From positions 26,729-90,728 of the forward strand of contig JBBRRY010000009.1 of NCBI GenBank assembly GCA_038245905.1: a DNA stretch of 64,000 nucleotides, in the 5' to 3' direction. Every line of letters starts with the position of its first letter. Positions within the stretch are counted from its first letter, which is position 1. The DNA is from Thermoanaerobaculia bacterium. Lineage in GTDB: Bacteria; Acidobacteriota; Thermoanaerobaculia; UBA5066. The position numbers and the translations under genes are program-made. This document shows, piece after piece, positions 20,985 through 30,468 of the stretch. The notes beneath the pieces are model-generated. The model was given only the letters and a program-made list of their open reading frames with translations, ran no database searches and was not told the origin of the DNA.

Positions 20985-22874
20985 GTGCCCGCGACCGAGC
21001 GCATCTCGCCCGTCGAGGAATCTCTCCCCGAGTTCACGGCGAAGGCCGTGGTCACGGGCATCGTCCTCGGTCTCGTGTTCGGCGCCGCGAACGCGTACCT
21101 CGGCCTCCGGGTCGGGCTCACCGTGTCGGCCTCGATTCCGGCCGCCGTGCTCACGGTCGCCGTCTTCCGCCTCCTTGGCCGGAAGGGCTCGATCCTCGAG
21201 GCGAACATCTCGCAGACGATCGGCTCGGCGTCGACGTCGCTCGCGACCGGGACGATCTTCACGATTCCCGCACTTTTCCTCTGGGGCGTCGCGCCCCCGT
21301 ATCTGCAGGTCGTCGCGCTGTGTTTCCTCGGCGCTGTGCTCGGCCTCTCCGCCATGATTCCTCTCCGCCGGCTCCTCATCGTCGACGCCCACGACGAGCT
21401 GCCGTATCCCGAGGGGACCGCGTGCGCGGAGGTGCTGCGCGCGACGGTGGCGGATTCGAGCGGTAGCGTATGGATCTTTCGGGGCATGGCCGTGGGTGCG
21501 CTCGTGAAGATCGTGATCGCGCTCTTCTTCGTGATGCCGGGCGAGGTCGGAATGGCCCTTCCCTTCCTGCCGAAGGCGGAGCTCGCCGTGGAGCTCGCCC
21601 CGGCGCTGCTCGCGGTCGGGTACATCCTCGGTTACCGGCAGTCTGGGGTCCTCGTCGCCGGCTCGATCGTCTCGTCGCTCGTCCTCATTCCGCTCATCGC
21701 GTTCCTCGGACAGGGGCTCACGGCTCCTCTCTTTCCCGAGACCGTGAAGCTCGTGTCCGCGATGTCGACGGGGGAGATCTGGTCGCGCTACGTGCGGTAC
21801 ATCGGCGCGGGAGCGGTCGCGGCGGCCGGCATCCTGACGGTCCTCCGAAACTTCCCGACGATGGCGGGTGCGTTCCTGGCGGTCGTGAAGGGCGTGCGCC
21901 GGAAGGGTGGAGGCGCGGGCCCCGTCGTCCGCACCGATCGCGACCTGCCCGGAGGCTTCGTCTTCGGGGGCATCGCGTTCGTCATCCTCGCGGCCGCGCT
22001 CGTGCCGGGTATCTTCTCGGGCGGCATGGGTCCGCTGCCGCGCGCCGTGTGCGCCGCGGGTGTCGGTGTCTTCGGCGTCCTGTTCGTCGCGGTCGCGGCC
22101 CGCATCGTCGGGATCGTGGGCGTGTCCTCGCAGCCCACGTCGGGTATCACGCTCGTCACGCTCATCGCCGTGGCGTCGCTCTTCGCAGCGGCAGGCTGGA
22201 CGGACGGGAACGCCCGAGCGGCCGTCCTCACGGTCGGCACGATCGTCGCGATCGCGGCGTCGAAGGCGGGCGACATCTCGCAGGATCTCAAGACAGGCTG
22301 GCTCGTGGGTGCGACGCCCGCCAAGCAGCAGCTCGGGCAGCTCATCGGCGCGTCTTTCGCCTGCTGGGGCGTCGCGGCGACCGTGCTGCTGCTCGGAAGC
22401 GCCTACACGTTCGGGACGAAGGAGATTCCCGCTCCCCAGGCCACGCTCATGAAGACGATCATCGAGGGCGTCCTGTCGGGCGCGCTTCCGTGGGGCCTCG
22501 TCCTGTCGGGCGCCGGGCTCTCCGTCGCGGTCATCCTCTGCGGGATCTCGGGACTCGCGTTCGCGATCGGCGTTTACCTGCCGCTCGCCTCCATGGCGCC
22601 GATCTTCGTCGGCGGCTGCGCGCGGGGCCTCGTCGAGAGGGCCCGCAAGGGCCTGCCGCCGTCGGACAGCGACGCGGGGGTCCTCGCGGCGTCCGGCCTC
22701 GTCGCGGGCGAAGGCCTCGCGGGGGTTCTCGTGGCGGCGCTCGTGGCGCTGCGCATCGCGCCGAAGGGCCGCCCGCCGCTCGTCGCGGGTTTCCCGGGCG
22801 AGGCGCTGACCCTCCTCGCGATCCTCGCCGTCTGCGCGTTTCTCGTTCGCGCTGGCGCGAAGCGCAGAACGTGA
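20985..22874 (+). CDS. OPT-family oligopeptide transporter
   Basis: NAYLGLRVGLTVSASIPAAV, LPYPEGTACA, QDLKTG, PAPQATLM. Confidence 0.92.
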   Translation: MPATERISPVEESLPEFTAKAVVTGIVLGLVFGAANAYLGLRVGLTVSASIPAAVLTVAVFRLLGRKGSILEANISQTIGSASTSLATGTIFTIPALFLWGVAPPYLQVVALCFLGAVLGLSAMIPLRRLLIVDAHDELPYPEGTACAEVLRATVADSSGSVWIFRGMAVGALVKIVIALFFVMPGEVGMALPFLPKAELAVELAPALLAVGYILGYRQSGVLVAGSIVSSLVLIPLIAFLGQGLTAPLFPETVKLVSAMSTGEIWSRYVRYIGAGAVAAAGILTVLRNFPTMAGAFLAVVKGVRRKGGGAGPVVRTDRDLPGGFVFGGIAFVILAAALVPGIFSGGMGPLPRAVCAAGVGVFGVLFVAVAARIVGIVGVSSQPTSGITLVTLIAVASLFAAAGWTDGNARAAVLTVGTIVAIAASKAGDISQDLKTGWLVGATPAKQQLGQLIGASFACWGVAATVLLLGSAYTFGTKEIPAPQATLMKTIIEGVLSGALPWGLVLSGAGLSVAVILCGISGLAFAIGVYLPLASMAPIFVGGCARGLVERARKGLPPSDSDAGVLAASGLVAGEGLAGVLVAALVALRIAPKGRPPLVAGFPGEALTLLAILAVCAFLVRAGAKRRT

Positions 22875-22899
22875 AGGGCTGACACGGCGTCGGTGAGGC

Positions 22900-22934
22900 A
22901 AAAAAAGATCGGGGCCGGCCCAAAGGCCGGCCCC
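22900..22934 (-). terminator. Rho-independent terminator
   Basis: GGGGCCGGCC-CAAA-GGCCGGCCCC perfect 10-bp stem followed by a T-run on the minus strand, between convergent genes. Confidence 0.75.
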
Positions 22935-22972
22935 ACGCAATGGAGAACGGAGGCGTTACCTCCAGAGGATCG

Positions 22973-24718
22973 TCACTTTGCCTTGGCGGCGCAGCTCTGG
23001 ATGGCGCCCTTCTGGTTGCCGTTGATGATCCCGGCGCTCTTGAGGTCGTTGGTCAGATGCGCCACGCAGCTGACGAAGCCGCCGTGATTCTTGGCGTCCG
23101 CCGCGCAGTGCTGGACCAGGTCCGAGATCGTGCAGCCGGTCGTGAAGAACGTGTTGGGAACGCCCGAGTCGCAGCCGTCGATGACGACGGTAGGCGCGAA
23201 GTTCGAATTGGGCTCGCAGTCGACGTTATCGGGCACACCGTCGAGGTCGGCGTCCGGGAACCAGCCAATGTCGCGGAGCAGCGGCAGCGTCAGGTCCTGC
23301 GGGGGTTTCACGGAGTGCGTCAGGTCGCTGTTGATCGAGGGCTCCATGAGCTGGTTCGGAAACGCGCTCGTGTCCCAGTGCGAGATCGTGGATCCCGGCT
23401 GCACCGGGTTCGGCGTGTAGAGGAGCGCGCGCCCCCCGACCGGATCCGTGCCCGCCCGTACCGAGAGGTCGAGCAGAAGCGTCGCGTTGAGCCCGGCGAG
23501 GTTGGCCTTGAGCGTGTTGCCGTCGGCCAGGGTGATCCGCACCGAAGGAATCGTGATCGTCGGGTCCGCCCCGCCAAGACCCGCCGGCGGAGCGCCCGCG
23601 GCGTTGTCCGCCACGATGACCGCGATGGCGCCGGCGTTCTGGGCGTTCTTGACCTTGACGACGAATCCGCACGTCCCGCGGTCCACGAGCGCGATGTTGC
23701 CGGCGACGGCCGCCGCGTTCGTCATCGGCGAGCAGGCGTCAAACGTCGTGGGCCCGGCGCCGTCGGCCGGGTCGAGAGCCTGGACCACGTTGCCCGTGAC
23801 GCCGGCGCCCGTGAGGGCTGCTCCGAAAGAGGCCGTGCCCACGTCGTAGGCGCCCGCGATGCCGGCTGGCGAGTTGACGCGCAGGAACGGCACGCCCAGG
23901 GAAAGCACGCCCGGGACGGCCGCGGTGACGGTCGCGCCGTTCCAGACGACCTTGCGCGAGTTGATGGCCGAGGCTTTGCGCTCCGCGTCCGTCATCTCGG
24001 GCCAGGTCTTGCCGCTCGTGAGGTCGAGGATTCTCTTTTCGTAGACGTCGTCAAAGCCGGCTAACAAGGCTCCGGTCGAGACGTTTGCAAACGACTGGAA
24101 GTTGAGACCGTGGGCGAACTCGTGCAGGAGCACGGTCACGAGGTCGATGTTGGACCCGTGGTTGAGGTCGAATCCGTAGTACCAGTTAACGCCCGTCAGA
24201 CACCCCGGCAAACCGATGTTGCTGTTGAACCTGGCCCGGATGTCGTCGGCGTTCGTACCGGTGGGCCCCGGGATGGCGTCGAAGCCGAGGCGCTTGTTGG
24301 CCAGGGCGGTTCCATAGAGGGTGTTCGCCTCGAGGCCCGGGAAGGGCGGGACACCTCCGCCGCCGCTGTCAAGAACGACCTGGATCGCCCCCGCCGAGCC
24401 AAGCACGGCCGAGGTCGCAGTGCAAGTCAGCGGGACGAAGCTCGCCTGAATGAAGATCTCCACGTTGCTGTCGAGCGTCGAGCCCCAGATGCCGGCCGCG
24501 AACGTGAATGCGTTGAGACGCTGTGCGCCAAGGGTCGTCCCCGGGTTGCCGCCGACGGCGGGAAGCGGCGTCGGATCGTTGAACCCCACGCCGGGCCCGT
24601 TGACGTTCACGATCGTGATCGTCGCGGCTGCGGAGGCGATCGGCGCGGGAACGAGAACGAGGGCGAAGCACGCCAGCGCGAGAAGTGCGAGGAAGAGACC
24701 ATTCTTCGGGTTTTTCAT
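22973..24718 (-). CDS. Secreted PA-domain zinc metallopeptidase
   Basis: Signal peptide, LHEFAHGL, PA domain (IALVDRGTCGFVVKVKNAQNAGA), SHWD..LMEP, Cys-containing C-terminal tail. Confidence 0.85.
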   Translation of the reverse strand: MKNPKNGLFLALLALACFALVLVPAPIASAAATITIVNVNGPGVGFNDPTPLPAVGGNPGTTLGAQRLNAFTFAAGIWGSTLDSNVEIFIQASFVPLTCTATSAVLGSAGAIQVVLDSGGGGVPPFPGLEANTLYGTALANKRLGFDAIPGPTGTNADDIRARFNSNIGLPGCLTGVNWYYGFDLNHGSNIDLVTVLLHEFAHGLNFQSFANVSTGALLAGFDDVYEKRILDLTSGKTWPEMTDAERKASAINSRKVVWNGATVTAAVPGVLSLGVPFLRVNSPAGIAGAYDVGTASFGAALTGAGVTGNVVQALDPADGAGPTTFDACSPMTNAAAVAGNIALVDRGTCGFVVKVKNAQNAGAIAVIVADNAAGAPPAGLGGADPTITIPSVRITLADGNTLKANLAGLNATLLLDLSVRAGTDPVGGRALLYTPNPVQPGSTISHWDTSAFPNQLMEPSINSDLTHSVKPPQDLTLPLLRDIGWFPDADLDGVPDNVDCEPNSNFAPTVVIDGCDSGVPNTFFTTGCTISDLVQHCAADAKNHGGFVSCVAHLTNDLKSAGIINGNQKGAIQSCAAKAK

Positions 24719-24721
24719 GGC

Positions 24722-25282
24722 CTACTTCTCCTCTTTCGACATTTCGCTCTTTTTCGGAGCCAGCGGATGCATGAGCGCCTTGGGCGTCTCGGAACGGGGC
24801 GTGCAGAGGAATACCGCCTTTCCGTCGGCGCCGGTGCGCACGATGACGTCCTGCATTCCGTCCTCGCCGAGTTCGTAGCTCACGATGCCGTTGCCGAGGA
24901 CCAAGGGCTCCCTCGCGGCCTGGGCTTGGCGCACACCCCGTGGCGCGATCGCGCGGGACAGCGCTGCAGCCTCTTCAGCCGTGGGCGCGCGCAGCTCGCC
25001 CGTGGCCGGGTCGATGAAGGCCTTCATGGCGTTCAGCCCCTCGTTGTCGTCCGCGGGACATTCCTCCGGGAGCGGGATGGAAACGACGCGCACTTTCACT
25101 TGCGGACGAGCGGTCGGAGCTGCGATGGGCGCCGCGGCCTTCTCCGCGGGACATTTCGCCGGGATGAAGCGGGCGTCCTCGGCCGCCATCGATGGAGGTC
25201 CAGCGACCAGAACCGTCGCGACCGCGAGCGGTCCGGCGGACATCCAGAGAAAACGCTTCACAAGACATGGTTTGAGTCGCAT
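24722..25282 (-). CDS. Secreted protein, post-PEP-CTERM-1-like domain
   Basis: RBS AGGAGG before ATG 25282, signal peptide, AFIDPATGELRAPTAEEAAAL motif; 3 nt upstream of the PA peptidase. Confidence 0.65.
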   Translation of the reverse strand: MRLKPCLVKRFLWMSAGPLAVATVLVAGPPSMAAEDARFIPAKCPAEKAAAPIAAPTARPQVKVRVVSIPLPEECPADDNEGLNAMKAFIDPATGELRAPTAEEAAALSRAIAPRGVRQAQAAREPLVLGNGIVSYELGEDGMQDVIVRTGADGKAVFLCTPRSETPKALMHPLAPKKSEMSKEEK

Positions 25283-25440
25283 GTGTGCCTCCTGTTGCCT
25301 GAGACTGGCTCTCGGAATCTGTATCAGGAAGTGCCAGCGCGCAAGCAGAAAAACTGGTTCGACGGCTCGGGTGACGTCCGATGTTCGGAGGGGATTTCTT
25401 GGAAGCAACCTTCCCGCCGCGTGATCGTATCCTTCCCGCG

Positions 25441-28400
25441 ATGAACAACCGCTTGCGCCTCTTCGTAGTGCCGCTGTTCGTGTGCTTCGTCGCCGCCTCC
25501 TCCGTCCGCGCGGACGGCCCCCCCGAGGCCCGACTCCTCCGTTACCCAGATGCCTGGGGCGACTTCGTCGCCTTCACGTACGCGGGGGATCTCTGGCGCG
25601 CGCCGATTGCGGGCGGCCCGGCTCTTCGCCTGACGTCGCACATCGGGCAGGAGGTCTTCCCGAAGATCTCGCCGGACGGTAAGTGGATCGCCTTCTCGGG
25701 CGAGTACTCCGGGACGCGGCAGGTCTACGTCATGCCGTCCTGGGGCGGCGAGCCGAGACAGCTGACGTTCTACAACGACGTCGGTCCGATGCCGCCGCGC
25801 GGCGGCTTCGACGACTGGGTTCTCGGATGGACGAAGGACGGGAAGATCCTCGTCCGGATGAACCGCGTCCCGTGGAACAACCGGATGGGCCGGTACTTCG
25901 TCGTCGACCCGAAGGGCGGCCTCGAGACGCCTCTCGAGATCCCGGAAGGTGGCTCGGCCTCCTTCTCACCCGACGGGATGAAGTTGGCCTATTGCCCCGT
26001 GGACCGCGAGTTCCGGACGTGGAAGCGGACAATCGGCGGCCGCGCGCAGGACGTGTACGTCTACGACTTCGCGTCGAAGGCCTCGACGCGCATCACGGAC
26101 TGGAAGGGCACCGACAACTTCCCGATGTGGAACGGGGAGACGATCTTCTTCACGTCGGACCGTGACCGCACGCTCAACCTGTTCGGGTACGACGTGAAGT
26201 CGAGGAAGACGCGGAAGGTGACGAGCTTCACCGACTTCGACGTCCTCTGGCCGTCACTCGCTTCGGACGGGAGCGCGATCGTCTTCATGAACGGCGGGTA
26301 CGTCTGGCGCCTCGACCTGAAGTCCGAGAAGGCCGTGAAGATCCCGATCGCGCTCGCGTCGGACCGCGCTCCCCTCGGGACGGCGTGGAAGGACGTGAAG
26401 GAGAACGTGTCGGGGGCGAGCCTGTCGCCGAGCGGCGCCCGCGTGATTTTCGAGGCGCGCGGCGACCTTTTCAGCGTGCCGGCGAAAGACGGTCAGACCC
26501 GCGCTCTGACGGACACCGCGGGCGTGCGCGAGCGCGCGCCCGCGTGGTCGCCCGACGGGAGGAGCGTCGCGTACCTGTCGGACACGACAGGTGAGTACGA
26601 GATCTACGTCCGGGCCGCCGACGGTTCGGGCGTGCCGAAGCAGCTCACGCGGGACGGCGCGCCCTGGAAGTTCACCCCGGCGTGGAGCCCGGACGGGAAG
26701 AAGCTCGTGTACGGCGATCGGAAGCACCGGCTGCGCGTCCTCGACGTCGAGATGGGCGCGGCGATCGATGTCGATACGGGCACGCGGGAGGACCTCGACA
26801 CGTACACGTGGTCGCCCGACTCGAAGTGGCTCGCCTACGAGAAGAGCCATCCGACGCGCCTCCCCGGGATCGCCCTGTGGTCACTCGAATCGAGGAAGTC
26901 GTTCCTCCTCGGCGACGGGCTGACGCCCGACCACGCGCCCACGTTCTCGGCCGACGGCAAGTACCTCTTCTTCCTCTCCGAGCGCGACTTCCCGCTCGTG
27001 TTTTCCGCCTACGAATTCAACTACGTGTACCCACGGGCGACTCGCGTCTTCGTCGCGGCGCTCGCCTCCGGCACGCCGTCCCTTTTCCCGCCGAAGAACG
27101 ACGAGGAGAAGGGCGTCGAGTCGAAGGAAAAGGAAAAGGCCGAGAAGGACAAGGCCGACAAGGCCGACAAAAAGGACGTTCCGGTGACGGCGGTCGACGC
27201 CGCGGGCTTTGCGCTTCGCACACAGGCGCTGCCCGGGATCAACCCTGGCAGTGTTCCGGATCTCGCCGCGGCGGCGGACTCGGTCTGGTACGTGCGCGGC
27301 GGGGACGGCGACGGAGCCGGCGACGGACCCGGCGCCGCCGCCGGCGCCGGACGCGCCCTCTACCGCTACGACCTCAAGGAGCGGAAGGAGGAGAAGGCCA
27401 TCGACGGCGTCCTCCGCTGGGAGCTCTCCCGCGACGGCAAGAAGGTCCTCTATCGCGCCGGCTCCGACTGGTTCGTGACGGACGCGAAGGCGCCGTTGAA
27501 GGCGGGTGACGGGAAGCTCGACCTCTCGGGCCTGAGGATGAAGCTCGACGCCGCCGCCGAGACGAAGCAGATGTGGGACGACGGCCTCAGGATCGTGCGC
27601 GACTGGTTCTACGACGAGAAGATGCACGGGGTGGACTGGGCCGCGATGAAGAAGCGGTATGGCGCGCTCGTCCCGTACGTCGCGCACCGGGCGGACCTCG
27701 ACTTCCTGTTCGGGGAGATCATGGGCGAGCTGGAGTCCGGGCACACGTACGTGGCCGCGGGTGACGAGCCGAAGGTCCCGCGCGTCGCGGGTGGCATGCT
27801 CGGCGCCGAGCTCGCGTCCGACGCGTCGGGCCGGTACCGGATCGCGAAGGTCTTTCCAGGCGAGAACTGGGATGACGGCTGGCGTTCGCCGCTCACGGAG
27901 CCCGGCGTCGAGGTGAAGGAAGGGAGCTTCCTCCTCGGGATCGACGGGCACGACCTGACGACCATGGACAATGCATACAGGCTCCTGGAGGGCAAAGGCA
28001 ACCGCCTTGTCTCGCTTCTCGTGTCGGACAAGCCGTCGAAGGAGGGCGCGCGGACGGTCGTGGTCCGGACGATCACGTCCGAGCAGAATCTCCGCTACCT
28101 CGACTGGGTGAAGAGCCGGATGGCGATGGTCGACAAGCTCTCGGGCGGACGCGTCGGCTACATCCATCTCCCGGACACCGCGGTCTCCGGAAACAGGATG
28201 CTGCAGAAGCTCTTCTACTCGCAGGCGTCGAAGCCCGCGCTCCTGATCGACGACCGCTACAACGGCGGCGGCTTCATCCCCGACCGCATGATCGAGTACT
28301 TCTCGCGCAAGACGCTCGCCTTCTGGGCGCGACGCGGCCTCGAGAGCGCCCGCACGCCCGGCTTCGCGCACGACGGCCCGAAGGCGATGCTCGTCAACAG

Positions 28401-28764
28401 CTACTCCGCCTCGGGCGGCGACGCGCTGCCGTACTTCTTCCGCGTGAACGCCCTCGGCCCGATCATCGGCAAGCGCACGTGGGGCGGTCTCATCGGCCTC
28501 TCGGGAAATCCGGCGCTCATGGATGGCGGGGCCGTGCAGGTGCCGACGTTCCGGCTCTACGACCGCGATGGCCAGTGGGCCGTCGAGAACGAGGGCGTCG
28601 CACCCGACATCGAGGTCTTCGACGACGCGGGCTCGCGGGTGAAGGGCGGCGATCCGTCGCTCGAGAAGGGCGTCGAGGTTCTCGTCAAGGAGCTCGAGAA
28701 GCCGGGCGCGTGGAAGGAGCAGAAGACGCCCGTGCCGCCGGACATGACGAGGCAGAAGCCGTAG
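25441..28764 (+). CDS. Tricorn-like S41 protease
   Basis: PD40 propeller repeats (WSPDG), PDZ region, GYIHLPDT, RYNGGG, SASGGD, RTWGG, ENEGVAPD. Start ATG 25441. Confidence 0.93.
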   Translation: MNNRLRLFVVPLFVCFVAASSVRADGPPEARLLRYPDAWGDFVAFTYAGDLWRAPIAGGPALRLTSHIGQEVFPKISPDGKWIAFSGEYSGTRQVYVMPSWGGEPRQLTFYNDVGPMPPRGGFDDWVLGWTKDGKILVRMNRVPWNNRMGRYFVVDPKGGLETPLEIPEGGSASFSPDGMKLAYCPVDREFRTWKRTIGGRAQDVYVYDFASKASTRITDWKGTDNFPMWNGETIFFTSDRDRTLNLFGYDVKSRKTRKVTSFTDFDVLWPSLASDGSAIVFMNGGYVWRLDLKSEKAVKIPIALASDRAPLGTAWKDVKENVSGASLSPSGARVIFEARGDLFSVPAKDGQTRALTDTAGVRERAPAWSPDGRSVAYLSDTTGEYEIYVRAADGSGVPKQLTRDGAPWKFTPAWSPDGKKLVYGDRKHRLRVLDVEMGAAIDVDTGTREDLDTYTWSPDSKWLAYEKSHPTRLPGIALWSLESRKSFLLGDGLTPDHAPTFSADGKYLFFLSERDFPLVFSAYEFNYVYPRATRVFVAALASGTPSLFPPKNDEEKGVESKEKEKAEKDKADKADKKDVPVTAVDAAGFALRTQALPGINPGSVPDLAAAADSVWYVRGGDGDGAGDGPGAAAGAGRALYRYDLKERKEEKAIDGVLRWELSRDGKKVLYRAGSDWFVTDAKAPLKAGDGKLDLSGLRMKLDAAAETKQMWDDGLRIVRDWFYDEKMHGVDWAAMKKRYGALVPYVAHRADLDFLFGEIMGELESGHTYVAAGDEPKVPRVAGGMLGAELASDASGRYRIAKVFPGENWDDGWRSPLTEPGVEVKEGSFLLGIDGHDLTTMDNAYRLLEGKGNRLVSLLVSDKPSKEGARTVVVRTITSEQNLRYLDWVKSRMAMVDKLSGGRVGYIHLPDTAVSGNRMLQKLFYSQASKPALLIDDRYNGGGFIPDRMIEYFSRKTLAFWARRGLESARTPGFAHDGPKAMLVNSYSASGGDALPYFFRVNALGPIIGKRTWGGLIGLSGNPALMDGGAVQVPTFRLYDRDGQWAVENEGVAPDIEVFDDAGSRVKGGDPSLEKGVEVLVKELEKPGAWKEQKTPVPPDMTRQKP

Positions 28765-28767
28765 GCG

Positions 28768-30456
28768 TCAGGTGTCCTCGTCGTAGGCGGGGAACCACTG
28801 GCGGAGGGCGATCCGATCACGGAGCTCTTCGGGCGAAGCGGCCGGCGCGAGTCCCTCGCGGACGGCCGCCTCCGCAACGACGACGGCCACTTCGACGGCG
28901 ACAGAACGCAGGTCGCCGAGCGGGGGCAGGAGCGACGCGGCGGGGTCCTTCAGCGCCGGAGACATCTCCGAAAGGCGCCGGGCCGCGGCGATCAGCATCC
29001 CGTCCGACACGCGCCTCGCGCCTGCGGCGACGATGCCGAGACCGACCGCCGGGAAGATGAAGATGTTGTTGCACTGGGAGATGATCCAGGCGCGCCCGCC
29101 GAGGACGGCGGGGGGGCAGGGCGAGCCGGTGGCCACGAGCGCGCGCCCGTCGGTCCACCGGATCAGGTCTTCGGGTCTGGCCTCCGCCCGCGCGGTCGGG
29201 TTCGAGAGCGGAAAGATGACGGGTCGCGGCGTCTTCCGGGCCATCTCGCGGACGATCGCCTCGGTGAACGCGCCGGCGGCGGTGGAGAGGCCGATGAGAG
29301 TCGTTGCCTCGACCCTCTGGATCACGTCCGCTAGACCGACCGAGCCACTGTGCGTGCGCGGCCAGCCCGCGGCGTCCTCGGCGGCGCGCGCGTAGACGCG
29401 CTGCTCGGGTGCGAGGTCGGTCCGCGTGTCCACGAGGAGCCCCGCGAGGTCGACGATCCAGAAGCGGCGGCGCGCTTCCGTGTCCGACAGGCCCTCGGAC
29501 ACCATCGCGGCCCGGAGGTAGTCGGCGACGCCGATCGCGGCCGACCCACCCCCCAGAAAAACGATCGTCTGGTCGCGGAGGTTGCGGCCCGCGACGCGAG
29601 CCCCCGCGAGGAGCGCCCCGAGCGCGACGGCTGCCGTGCCCTGGATGTCGTCGTTGAACGTGAGGAGCGAGTCGCGGTACCGGTTCAGAAGCGGCCGCGC
29701 GTTCGGCGTCGCGAAGTCCTCCCACTGGAGGAGCGCGCCGGGCAGCTCCCGGCGGATGCCTTCGACGAAGCGGTCCACGAACTCCACGTAGGCCTCGCCC
29801 GTCACGCGCTTCTGGCGGTAGCCGAGGTACTGCGGGTCGCGCAGCAGCACCTCGTTGTTCGTGCCCACGTCGAGGACGATCGGAAGCGTCCGCGCCGGCG
29901 GGACGCCGCCGATGAGCGTGTAGAGCGTCAGCTTTCCGATCGGGATGCCGAGGCCGCCGACCCCCTGGTCTCCGATGCCGAGGATGCGCTCGCCGTCCGT
30001 CACGACGACGACGTCGACGTCCGGATTCGGCCGGTTCCGGAGGAGCTCGGGAATCGAGCCGCGGAGCTCGAACGGGACGAAGAGGCCGCGTGGGCGGCGG
30101 TAGATATGGCTGAACTGCTGGCACGCCTCGGCGACGACCGGCGTGTAGACGATCGGCATCATCTCCTCGATGTGGGCGAGGAGGAGCCGGTAGAAGAGGA
30201 TTTCGTTCGTGTCCTGAAGGGCCCGGAGCTGGATGTGCCGTCCGAGGGGCGTGCGCTTCTCGAGATAGGCCTCGTAGGCGCGAACGAGCTGCTCGTCGAT
30301 CGTCTCGATCTGGTGCGGGAGCAGGCCATGGAGGCCGAGCCGCGTCCGCTCGGCGGCCGTGAAGGCCGTCCCCTTGTTCCATGCCGGGGACTGGAGGAGC
30401 TGCATGCCCCGCAGTCCGGCGGGGCGACTTTGGGGCAATGCGGTCGGCGGCGTCAT
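28768..30456 (-). CDS. maeA: NAD-dependent malic enzyme
   Basis: NKGTAFT, VTDGERILGIGD, GIPIGKL, FNDDIQGT, FPLSNPT, QCNN. Confidence 0.93.
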   Translation of the reverse strand: MTPPTALPQSRPAGLRGMQLLQSPAWNKGTAFTAAERTRLGLHGLLPHQIETIDEQLVRAYEAYLEKRTPLGRHIQLRALQDTNEILFYRLLLAHIEEMMPIVYTPVVAEACQQFSHIYRRPRGLFVPFELRGSIPELLRNRPNPDVDVVVVTDGERILGIGDQGVGGLGIPIGKLTLYTLIGGVPPARTLPIVLDVGTNNEVLLRDPQYLGYRQKRVTGEAYVEFVDRFVEGIRRELPGALLQWEDFATPNARPLLNRYRDSLLTFNDDIQGTAAVALGALLAGARVAGRNLRDQTIVFLGGGSAAIGVADYLRAAMVSEGLSDTEARRRFWIVDLAGLLVDTRTDLAPEQRVYARAAEDAAGWPRTHSGSVGLADVIQRVEATTLIGLSTAAGAFTEAIVREMARKTPRPVIFPLSNPTARAEARPEDLIRWTDGRALVATGSPCPPAVLGGRAWIISQCNNIFIFPAVGLGIVAAGARRVSDGMLIAAARRLSEMSPALKDPAASLLPPLGDLRSVAVEVAVVVAEAAVREGLAPAASPEELRDRIALRQWFPAYDEDT

Positions 30457-30468
30457 TCGACCCTTACC

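Noticed and set aside
25325-25346. TGGCAC on the minus strand upstream of the 24722-25282 gene as a sigma-54 promoter
   Set aside because: There is no GC at the -12 position (GG-N10-TA).
25600-27000. Recurrent TCGCCCGACGG-like repeats
   Set aside because: They encode WSPDG propeller repeats of tricorn. They are not a CRISPR array or DNA repeat.
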